Source: a virus. From it: a stretch of DNA of 64,000 bases. Position numbers and translations under genes: made by a program. Shown in pieces: positions 55,523 through 64,000 of the stretch. Position 1 is the stretch's first letter, and every line of letters starts with the position of its first letter. Under the pieces are notes generated by a model, which ran no database searches, was not told where the DNA came from, and saw only the letters and a program-made list of their open reading frames with translations. The DNA lies in IMG/VR virus record IMGVR_UViG_3300027668_002455, positions 64,001-128,000 of that record. One strand, written 5' to 3'.

Positions 55523-58500
55523 ATGGCTAATGCAGAACCCGGAATTATAGTAGACGGCATTAAGAAAAAATCTATTTCTAATATAGAAACTATTGACTTA
55601 ATAGCAGAAGGACCCATTGAAGGACCCGTTAAGCAGGAGTACGACTATGTAGGAACACTGGGGGCAACTGGTTGGGATACGGTAAATGCCCAGCCCGAAA
55701 AAAACTTCTTATCCTCTTTATATCTTAATGACACCCCTGTCATGGATGAGCAGGGTCTTTATAATTTTCAAAACATAGAAGTAGCTATTACAAAAGGTCA
55801 ACCAAACGGTGGGATTGGAAACGCTCAATACTTCAATGACTGGGACATGCACGAGGCGGGTGTGGATTATTGGAAAGGTAATTCCCCAGCTTCGTTCAAT
55901 ATTAATGTCAGCCCCGACACTGAGCAAAATCCCGAACAGTATCAAAACTGTGAACTTACAAAAGTTATTAACCCCAATCCTCGTTCGGTTTCTACCTATC
56001 GTCAGAAACAAGCTGTTTTATCTCTGGGGTCCGGGTATCCGGAAAGGTCGAGCTCCGCTGCATATGGTGAGTACTCTGTAAAAATGCCGCCAAGTGCTGC
56101 ACTAGTAGTACGTGACCCGGTGCTTGGTGATGACCTTTATAATTTTTGGCCGCGACAAGGGGGCTTTGTCGCTACGGAGGAAGAAGATTATACTCCTGAG
56201 GAGATAATCGAAGCACAAAACAAACAAGCGTTCACGTTTGAAGCGCAGGTTCAAGGGTCAGACTCAAACGGGCCGCAAGTGTTAGCGGGCAAGGGAAATC
56301 CGAATTACCCGGGAGGGTGGGTACTTATGATGGTTCCTAGTAACGAGGCACTAGATGATGATGGTAATTTTTATTTTAAAGTTACCTTTATCAACAACAA
56401 CATATCACTTGACACAGGTCATGTAATGCAATTTGGGGTTTGGTCTCACGTTGCGGTGTGCCTCAGTGAAAGAGCAGTTAAAATTTTTATTAACGGTGTT
56501 GAGCAGACAGGCGGTGGCAAGAATTATCCCAATATAAAACTTTCTAGCCCCACAGACCTTTTTCTGGGTAGGCATCCTGACGGCTCAACTAACCCCTTAA
56601 GGAATGTATTTTTAGATAATATATGCATGTCAAATAGGGCAAAGTATGCAACTAATTTTACCCCGGGGAAAGTTGAGCCCAATGATAGTACTCTATTTTT
56701 AATAGATGGGGAAGATTGGCGCTTTGAAGGTGAAGTACCAATAATTCCTCAAGATGATTCTATAGAAATTAATACTATGCTGCGAGGCACCTTAGTTAAC
56801 GATCAAAGGTTTGTATTACAAAGTAACCAGATTTTAAAAGATCTCAACACAGCTGCAAACGCCACGTTTTATGACTTTAGTTGTGTAAATGCTAAATTAC
56901 TAAAAAATAATACTCCCCAGTATGACACTACGATTACTGATCCCGGTGGGGGCTCAACACCAAGCATATATTTTGATGGAACCGAAGGTCTTGCAAACGA
57001 AGGTACATTACAAAATACAAGTCGAATGGTGGATTCTTTAACTCCGCATGCAGAGGTATTTCTTAACCCCAACTACTACAACTATACCACAAATGGTAGT
57101 CGTGAGTGGTTATTTGAAACGTGGATTTATCCCGCTTCGATGTCCAATGGGGATGAACAGTTTGTTGCGGGTCTAATGAGAGGCGATGGAACTTCTGCCC
57201 CATGGATGCTAACAACGAAACACGAATCTGGCGCTACTAAAATTTATTGGTCGTGCGTAGATATTACCGATGAATCTGTCAAGCAGCTTTCAGGATCAAT
57301 TTCAACGGCAAGCTGGAATCATGTTCAGGTTATATATAATGGTAGTTATTGTAGACTTTTTGTGGATGGAATACAGGTAGACACACGTGGAATCATCCCT
57401 TCGCACGAAACCCTCAATGAGGATACTCGCTTTTGCATTGCCCGTTCACATCCGAACGTAATAATGGATAGTTTTAAAGGATATATATTCAATGCAAGAA
57501 TACTGGGAGGCGAGTCCATCGCTCCAGTGGAAACAGGGAACACCTCTGTTTGGAGGAAGATTACGGCTATGGGTCCGAGTGTGCCAACAGCGGCGTTTAC
57601 ATCCACGACCAACTGCAAACTACTACTCCATTCAAACACTACGGATGGCTCCACTACGTTCACTGATTCAACTGGTAATTATAGCATAGGCAGATTTGGA
57701 AACGCCGTAAATTCAACGACTAAGAAAAAGTTTGGGACATCTTCGATTTATTTTGATGGATGGAACGATGGCGGCGAACTCGCGTCATCGCTCTATATAG
57801 ACACTACTGCGGGACAACTTGGCGTAGGCGTATATACAGTTGAGATGTGGTTTAACACTAGCAAGTCCGGCCTGCAGTATTTGATATCCAGAAATTCCAG
57901 CCAACAATATGGTGGGCTTTGTATCAGTCCAGAGAGTAACTATATACAATGGGGCGGGAATTGTACTGGTCCAGTCTTGCATGCGAGCGGTGTGACCATT
58001 AATCTAAACACTTGGCACCACGTTGCAGTAGTAAGTAATGGTAAAGGAAACAGCGCCCACATCTACTTTGACGGGGTTCAGGTTGGACACACTTCGTCTT
58101 GGGATAATTGGGGTTATCCGACTGCATCACACCGGATCACCATTGGCGCACAGACTTATAATGGCGCTCGACCTCGTTACCTTTTTGAGGGCTACATAGA
58201 TGAAATTCGTTGGAGTGACGTACCTCGTTATTCGCCTCAGGAGAATTATGCCACATTGAGCTCCACAGACTTCGCAGGTTGCGGCGTGTTGGGCGATGGC
58301 AATTTATCCTTTACAGATGCAAGTGGGCACTGTGCAGCGAGGTCGACCCAAACCATCGCTCCGGGTAAGGGTAAAATCTACTTTGAAGTCCTGTGTATTG
58401 ACGCTGCCAGTATCTGGTCCAGTCCGCCCGCCATCGGGGTCATGGGTGTTGGAAGCCCGATTAGCAGACAACTCGACGCGAGTCCATCAAGATGGGTTCG

Positions 58501-61500
58501 CGGAAACGGGTACAAATATAGTAATGGTTCTGAGATTGCAGCGGGCTACTCCACATGGAGCAATGGCGATATTATTGGGGTAGAGATTGATAGCACCGCA
58601 GGAACTTTCAAATTTAGGATTAACAATGGAAGTTGGACTACCGCATTCACAGATTTAGGAGACACCACTTGGATACCCACGATAAAAATCGCGGAAACAA
58701 GCATTAAGTTGACCGTTAATTTTGGGCAAGATTATTATTTTGCCGGCGGCAAGCCCAGCGGTCAAGATACCAGCCAGACACAATTTTATTACGCGCCCCC
58801 GAGCGATGCAGTAGCACTTAGCTTGCTCACTGTGGGTCAAGCAACGGTCTCGAGCAGTAGGCCGGGGCAGGTGTTTGCTTTGCAGTCTGATGCGGAAGAT
58901 GGTACCACGGAGTTTACGGATCTGTCATCTTATCGAAACGCCATAACAGCTAATGGCTCCGTTGAAAACTCAACCGATGTAAATAACCAAGCGGGAAATC
59001 AGGAGAGTAGCGTTTTCTTCAACAAAGCAGCTGGCACATTTCTTTCCTCAACCGCCGCAAAGGATGGTGCAAATTTTAATAACGACGATTGGACTGTGGA
59101 GCTCTGGGTGCGCCCAGATCACGCGCTGGGCAGCACCGCCGAATGCTTTATGAGTTGCGGAGGCGGCACGGCTAATTGGAATAGTTCTACTGGACACAGC
59201 TGGGCTATCACTAATTATGCCAATAAGATTTATTGGCAGTGGAACACTACTGGTTCGGGTTTTGGGGAAATTTATACGTCAAATACTGCTGTGCCGGCAA
59301 ATGAGTGGACGCACATCGCGATGGTAAATCAGTCAGGAACGAAACGACTTTATATTGGCGGGGTTCAAAAAGGCGAGGACACTACAGAGAAAACAACAAC
59401 GTCAATGCCCACTATGCTTTCATTTGGTCAAACCTCTGTGTTAAATGAAGGACCCTTTGGGGGGTACATTAATAACGCCAGTATCCAGCGCGACTACTGC
59501 AAATATCCCGACGGTGCCACCTTCCTTCCCTCCACGGCTCGCTTGGTCGGATATTGGAGTAGCGGAGCTACATGGATGAATAGGCAATATGGACCCGGTG
59601 AAGGGACTAACGGTCAGCCTTACTTTACTCCAAATACCAGCCAGTTTATAGGAAATATCACAGTCGCGAACGATGGGGAGCTAGTAATACAAAAAGATTT
59701 TATTGGTACAGGTAAGCTGTTAAAAGTAACTCGTCCCGAGGATTCCATAGAAGTTGAAAGATCGGGGGGCCTTAATGTTCACGTGATTCAGTGGGGGAGT
59801 GGCAAACCCTATCCTACATACGGGACTCACTACCCATGGAATGACACCATAAACAAAAATCGACCCGGTATAGATGAAAGTACATGGGTTCCGGGCGACT
59901 ATGGTGACCTTGATGGCACGTCATTTTCGAGCCATCGCGGAAATTATATCAGAGGTCATGTCGCCAATACTCCCGTTGTAGAAACTGAACACCTTATCAA
60001 AAAGAGATTTTTTGTGCAAAAGGTTCCGCTTAAGGGTGGGGAGAATTATACTATCTCGTGCAGGTCTTATAGGGCTACAAACACATCCCAAGGCAATGCC
60101 GGGTTTAAATTTGTTGCGTGGTTGGATTCAGGTAGTGGTCCCTATGCTGAATCAAGTACTTTTACCCCTATCGCAGAGAAGTTGTCTTCTGTAGATGAAT
60201 CCCAAAATGCCATGTCTTATACCTTCACTGCCCCGCCGGGTACGATGGAAAGCTGGATCGGAGTAGAGCTTCTACACGGAAACTCAACTCTATACTTTGA
60301 TAAAGTGACACTTGAAAGCAGTAAGGGTTTCCCCCTAACTAAAGCCAAAGCAATTAAGGAAAGATTAAGGGGCCCTACTGTAGATGGAAGCGGAAATCCA
60401 ACAGGTGATAATTATTCCGTCGACATGTTTGCAAAAAAATATAGAATTGTAAACAAGCATTGTGTGGGAGCAGAAGTTCACCTTAAAATTGACGCCTTAT
60501 ATAACAGCGTTAAAAGCTCGGGCGACTTGATTGACGCCTCTATAAATAATATCGTGGTTAAATTTAGACCACTTATACACAATGGTACCTCAGCTTATAA
60601 GGACGCCTATGATCAGCAAATTACCGGAAGGGCAGATGTACCATTTCTGTGGGTTTTTGATTTAGATTTTAAAGAAGTCATTAGTAGTTTCTCAGCTTCG
60701 GATAGAAATAACTTCTATGGATGGGAAATAAAAATTTATAGAACAGAGCCAGAAGTAACAGTAACGAACATAAAAAAATCTACAACAGTTGATGTGTTAG
60801 TAGAAAAATATGATACTGCGGCAGCCTATCCCAATTCCTCAGTCATTAGGCAGCGCTTTAATGCAGCGTATTTTAATAGCATTCCCAGTAGGTCTGTAGA
60901 TGTTCGACTTCTTCGGGTAAGAGTTCCGAGTAATTATAATCCAATCAAAAAAACATACGACGAAAGCCAAGGCCCATGGGATGGCACATGGAAAACCCAA
61001 AAATACTGGACTGATAATCCGGCTTGGTGTTTTTTAGATATGATTACCAATGACCGATATGGGTTGGGTCGGTATATACCCCTTGATGGTTTTGATAAGT
61101 GGACTCTTTATAAAATTGCACAATATTGTGATGTTATTGTCCCAGATGGTGCGGGGGGCATGGAGCCGCGATTGACCCTTAATACTATAATTACCAGTCG
61201 AGAAGATGCATTTAAAGTCATAAATGATATGGCAAGTGTTTTTAGGGGACTTCTTTATTACGCTGCAGGACAAATTTACGCAATTCAAGATTCTAAAAAA
61301 GATCCGATTTATACTTTTACAAATGCAAACGCACAAGACGGAAACTTTACTTACTCTAATAAGAGCCGTAAAGAAAGATATAATGTAGGCATTATAAGGT
61401 ATAATGATAAAACAAATTTTTATAAGCCCGCAATAGAATATGTAGAAGATTTGGCAGGTATTAGAGCTAACGGAGTTCGGGAACAAGAAATAACAGCATT

Positions 61501-64000
61501 TGGTTGCACTTCTCGTGGTCAAGCTATTAGGCTGGGTAAGTGGTTGGTTTATACAAATAATCTTGAAATAGAAAATGTATCTTTTAAAGCTGGCGTGGAG
61601 GCTAGTTATTTGCGTCCGGGAGATACCATATCCATATCTGATAATAACCGAAACCCATTCCGATGGGGAGGGCGAACAACAGTTATTTCAGGCGCAGACA
61701 CGACTACGAATACACCCGAAACTATTCAGTTAGATTCCTTTTTGGACCCCGAATACATTAATAATGATCAAGTATACAAGTTATCCCTTATAACCCCCGG
61801 ATGGAATTATGATAGTTACAATGTAAGCGGACTGAACTCCGACGACACCCCGGACATCAGGCGTAGTCAGGTGCAGGATTTTTTAATTAGCGGTAGCTTT
61901 ATTGATATGGGTTTAGATTTAGAAACTACTGCTCCTCCAAAATTTAGCACAATAAAATTAGGGGGTGCCACCGCAGTTCATTGGCCAGCATGGCTAGCTG
62001 GCGGTTTTGACGGCTCTACAAAAAATATTAACAGATCTGATTATACTGTAGGTAACAATCAGATTTGGACAATTAACCCAACAGGTAAAGAATTTGCCCT
62101 CGGAAGCTCTTTTGATGCATCTACTACTAAAGAGAAGCTTTTTCGAATAGTAGACGTAAAAGAAGATGAGAAACAAGTATTCTCGATTAAGGCTGTTGAA
62201 AATAACCCCATAAAATATGATAGAATAGAAGATGATTTATTATTCGAGCAGGCTGGGTTATATAACTCGCCCACACTAAAAGTTCCGGATGGACCCACGA
62301 GCCTCGCTCTTAAGATAGATCAATTTTCCCCAAATTCAGCACAAGTTAAATATTCTATTGGGGCCCCAACCAGCAAAAATGGTTTAGACGCTTATCAGGT
62401 ATTTGCAAAAGAAAATTCTCCTTTCTTTAGCATCTCAGACTTTACTGGAAATTACCCGGTGCTGTGGACACAGTATACCGGAGGATCACTAAGTGGACGG
62501 GCGTTTATAGATAATACCCCCCTTACAAAAGTAGTCTCTTCAGGTACCCAATATATCCCTGATAATGAACATAGAATCACCAGAATTCCAGCCCTAGCTC
62601 AGGCGCAAGGAATATTCAGACCTGAGCAATCAGGATCATGTCTATTTAAAGTATTTTCTGTGAATAACATGAATCAATACTCCTTGTCTTCTAGGTCCGA
62701 GAGGATAATCGTTCCCACGATTCACCCTATTGAAGATGTTGAGGTAGAAAACCTTGGACTATCAACCAATGAAGGTAGTCTTATAACGGCTGAAAAAAAG
62801 AAAAAACCAAGAATCGAATTTACTGGAGGTAGCCCAACTATACTTTGGACATCGACACTAGCTGCGTCCGGGTTTGTACCAAGCTCCTATGCGTACAGAC
62901 TTACGGTTAGAGAGCCTTCTGAAGGTACTCCCATTCCGAATCCAAACATTATCCATGAGATAACAGGATACAAGTCCGCTGACCGAGCGGCGACAAACTT
63001 AAGTGGATTTGCATTTACTTATGATTTAACAGGAAATTTATTTTATGCTTCTGGGAGGCGGACTTTTGACATCGTAGTAGAAGCTCATAATGAATATGGT
63101 GAAAGCTCTGCGGGCGGTAAATTTGGGTACAGCCTAGATCCAAGCGCACAGCCCTATACTGACAGTTCGGGGAATCTTATTACTGAAACTTATACAAAAT
63201 TAGATTCTCATTATACCAACATATATGGGTATGATATAGTCAGGCTAAATAATCCCCCCGTTCATGCCCACCTATCAAGCGACGGGGATGTTTGTGCTCC
63301 TAGTGATGATATTTGCACTACCCAGCAAATCACATTAGATAATAAAGTTAAAATGGTTTTTGAAAAAAATAGCCCCCAGAGTTTTAATAGGGATGTAGCT
63401 GGTGGATTTTTATACGTTTCCCCTCAGTATTTTGACGTTACTGGGGTACAGGGTGTTCTTCAAAATGACTTGCGCCATGACATTCAAAGAATAAAATTTG
63501 ATTATGCTCCGACCATTGAAGTTACCCCTACTGGGAATCTTTTACTAGATGGTTCGGCTTATATGGCTTACAGCCTTTATGATACCTTTGATCAAGAGAG
63601 AGACATCGCGTATCGTACTAATACAAAAAATAATCCAATCAAAAATAGAGGCTTTGATATGGCTAGAATGTTATCTGTAAGCTCTGTTCGTGAAGTTAAA
63701 CTCGACGACACAAACACAGTAAGAAAGATTATTAAACAGGGAAATCAAACCCTCACGTTTACCCTACCAGCCCAACGCCAATGGCACTTCCTTAAGATAG
63801 AGGGATCTCTCCAAGGGGAGAGGACCTTGTATACTAACGCTGAGTCTCAAAATGAGAAATGGCAGGAATTAAGTGAACTCAAAAATTGGAAAGTTTATGT
63901 TAATGACATCAGGGTAGATCAAGCTGAAAACTGGGCTTCTAATCCGCCCTCGGATAAAAACTTTGTATTTTGTAAAAATTCAAAATGGAATGGATCAACA
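55523..64000 (+). CDS. Tail tip/host-specificity protein, lambda gpJ-like; at least 2826 aa, 3'-truncated, absent from ORF track
   Basis: ATG 55523; DLIAEGPIEG, YLNDTPV, YPNS, VRVPSNYNP, WDGTW, WTDNPAW, RYGLG, DKW.LY.IAQYCD, FGCTSRGQA.R.G.W; same frame at 61007 and at the window end. Confidence 0.92.
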   Translation, partial: MANAEPGIIVDGIKKKSISNIETIDLIAEGPIEGPVKQEYDYVGTLGATGWDTVNAQPEKNFLSSLYLNDTPVMDEQGLYNFQNIEVAITKGQPNGGIGNAQYFNDWDMHEAGVDYWKGNSPASFNINVSPDTEQNPEQYQNCELTKVINPNPRSVSTYRQKQAVLSLGSGYPERSSSAAYGEYSVKMPPSAALVVRDPVLGDDLYNFWPRQGGFVATEEEDYTPEEIIEAQNKQAFTFEAQVQGSDSNGPQVLAGKGNPNYPGGWVLMMVPSNEALDDDGNFYFKVTFINNNISLDTGHVMQFGVWSHVAVCLSERAVKIFINGVEQTGGGKNYPNIKLSSPTDLFLGRHPDGSTNPLRNVFLDNICMSNRAKYATNFTPGKVEPNDSTLFLIDGEDWRFEGEVPIIPQDDSIEINTMLRGTLVNDQRFVLQSNQILKDLNTAANATFYDFSCVNAKLLKNNTPQYDTTITDPGGGSTPSIYFDGTEGLANEGTLQNTSRMVDSLTPHAEVFLNPNYYNYTTNGSREWLFETWIYPASMSNGDEQFVAGLMRGDGTSAPWMLTTKHESGATKIYWSCVDITDESVKQLSGSISTASWNHVQVIYNGSYCRLFVDGIQVDTRGIIPSHETLNEDTRFCIARSHPNVIMDSFKGYIFNARILGGESIAPVETGNTSVWRKITAMGPSVPTAAFTSTTNCKLLLHSNTTDGSTTFTDSTGNYSIGRFGNAVNSTTKKKFGTSSIYFDGWNDGGELASSLYIDTTAGQLGVGVYTVEMWFNTSKSGLQYLISRNSSQQYGGLCISPESNYIQWGGNCTGPVLHASGVTINLNTWHHVAVVSNGKGNSAHIYFDGVQVGHTSSWDNWGYPTASHRITIGAQTYNGARPRYLFEGYIDEIRWSDVPRYSPQENYATLSSTDFAGCGVLGDGNLSFTDASGHCAARSTQTIAPGKGKIYFEVLCIDAASIWSSPPAIGVMGVGSPISRQLDASPSRWVRGNGYKYSNGSEIAAGYSTWSNGDIIGVEIDSTAGTFKFRINNGSWTTAFTDLGDTTWIPTIKIAETSIKLTVNFGQDYYFAGGKPSGQDTSQTQFYYAPPSDAVALSLLTVGQATVSSSRPGQVFALQSDAEDGTTEFTDLSSYRNAITANGSVENSTDVNNQAGNQESSVFFNKAAGTFLSSTAAKDGANFNNDDWTVELWVRPDHALGSTAECFMSCGGGTANWNSSTGHSWAITNYANKIYWQWNTTGSGFGEIYTSNTAVPANEWTHIAMVNQSGTKRLYIGGVQKGEDTTEKTTTSMPTMLSFGQTSVLNEGPFGGYINNASIQRDYCKYPDGATFLPSTARLVGYWSSGATWMNRQYGPGEGTNGQPYFTPNTSQFIGNITVANDGELVIQKDFIGTGKLLKVTRPEDSIEVERSGGLNVHVIQWGSGKPYPTYGTHYPWNDTINKNRPGIDESTWVPGDYGDLDGTSFSSHRGNYIRGHVANTPVVETEHLIKKRFFVQKVPLKGGENYTISCRSYRATNTSQGNAGFKFVAWLDSGSGPYAESSTFTPIAEKLSSVDESQNAMSYTFTAPPGTMESWIGVELLHGNSTLYFDKVTLESSKGFPLTKAKAIKERLRGPTVDGSGNPTGDNYSVDMFAKKYRIVNKHCVGAEVHLKIDALYNSVKSSGDLIDASINNIVVKFRPLIHNGTSAYKDAYDQQITGRADVPFLWVFDLDFKEVISSFSASDRNNFYGWEIKIYRTEPEVTVTNIKKSTTVDVLVEKYDTAAAYPNSSVIRQRFNAAYFNSIPSRSVDVRLLRVRVPSNYNPIKKTYDESQGPWDGTWKTQKYWTDNPAWCFLDMITNDRYGLGRYIPLDGFDKWTLYKIAQYCDVIVPDGAGGMEPRLTLNTIITSREDAFKVINDMASVFRGLLYYAAGQIYAIQDSKKDPIYTFTNANAQDGNFTYSNKSRKERYNVGIIRYNDKTNFYKPAIEYVEDLAGIRANGVREQEITAFGCTSRGQAIRLGKWLVYTNNLEIENVSFKAGVEASYLRPGDTISISDNNRNPFRWGGRTTVISGADTTTNTPETIQLDSFLDPEYINNDQVYKLSLITPGWNYDSYNVSGLNSDDTPDIRRSQVQDFLISGSFIDMGLDLETTAPPKFSTIKLGGATAVHWPAWLAGGFDGSTKNINRSDYTVGNNQIWTINPTGKEFALGSSFDASTTKEKLFRIVDVKEDEKQVFSIKAVENNPIKYDRIEDDLLFEQAGLYNSPTLKVPDGPTSLALKIDQFSPNSAQVKYSIGAPTSKNGLDAYQVFAKENSPFFSISDFTGNYPVLWTQYTGGSLSGRAFIDNTPLTKVVSSGTQYIPDNEHRITRIPALAQAQGIFRPEQSGSCLFKVFSVNNMNQYSLSSRSERIIVPTIHPIEDVEVENLGLSTNEGSLITAEKKKKPRIEFTGGSPTILWTSTLAASGFVPSSYAYRLTVREPSEGTPIPNPNIIHEITGYKSADRAATNLSGFAFTYDLTGNLFYASGRRTFDIVVEAHNEYGESSAGGKFGYSLDPSAQPYTDSSGNLITETYTKLDSHYTNIYGYDIVRLNNPPVHAHLSSDGDVCAPSDDICTTQQITLDNKVKMVFEKNSPQSFNRDVAGGFLYVSPQYFDVTGVQGVLQNDLRHDIQRIKFDYAPTIEVTPTGNLLLDGSAYMAYSLYDTFDQERDIAYRTNTKNNPIKNRGFDMARMLSVSSVREVKLDDTNTVRKIIKQGNQTLTFTLPAQRQWHFLKIEGSLQGERTLYTNAESQNEKWQELSELKNWKVYVNDIRVDQAENWASNPPSDKNFVFCKNSKWNGST

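Larger units (their letters stand above)
1..64000. mobile_element. Segment of a large tailed dsDNA bacteriophage genome (lambda-like tail tip)
   Basis: Tail tip genes M-L-K-I-J, phage-type replication cluster, dense small hypothetical ORFs, tRNA and tmRNA; no ribosomal or other core host operons. Confidence 0.93.

Noticed and set aside
55523-64000. Apparent gene desert or stop-codon recoding in the ORF track
   Set aside because: It is a single gpJ ORF without a stop inside the window; TAA, TAG and TGA all act as normal stops elsewhere
39411-64000. Diversity-generating retroelement targeting tail fibres
   Set aside because: No reverse transcriptase and no adenine-mismatched TR/VR repeat pair noticed by eye; a self-dotplot would be needed to exclude it fully

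Overview
The whole window looks like part of a large, AT-rich dsDNA tailed phage genome using the standard genetic code. It has a lambda-type tail tip (gpM-L-K-I-J), which suggests a siphovirus. No integrase or host housekeeping context is seen. Contents, in order: (1) 1-3.6 kb, a sugar-activation cassette with two carbohydrate sulfotransferases and an embedded tRNA-Arg(UCU). (2) 3.6-10.7 kb, small accessory genes, including a secreted trypsin-like protease and an unannotated metallothionein-like lipoprotein. (3) nrdAB with a tyrosine-free, class Ic-type R2, then a tmRNA with a 31-codon tag, then a signal peptidase I. (4) 15.8-24.1 kb, a glycan cluster with a WbpB/D/E-like trio, GT2/GT4/GT9-like enzymes and gmd. 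(5) 24-39 kb, replication genes: RecA-like, DnaB, DnaG, nucleases, a DnaE polymerase split over PHP, exonuclease and core genes, Whirly-like and Rad52-like ssDNA proteins, with glycosyltransferases interspersed. (6) 39.4-64 kb, tail/fibre genes, including a 2893-aa IPT/LamG protein and a gpJ of at least 2826 aa that is missing from the ORF track because it runs off the window. Two promoter classes are visible: sigma70-like promoters predicting leaderless mRNAs, and a recurring GTGTAA motif. The main hypothesis (inference) is a phage-encoded virion glycosylation/sulfation system acting on the strongly over-represented (S/T)-G dipeptides of the tail proteins. All family assignments come from motif recognition by eye, not from database searches.
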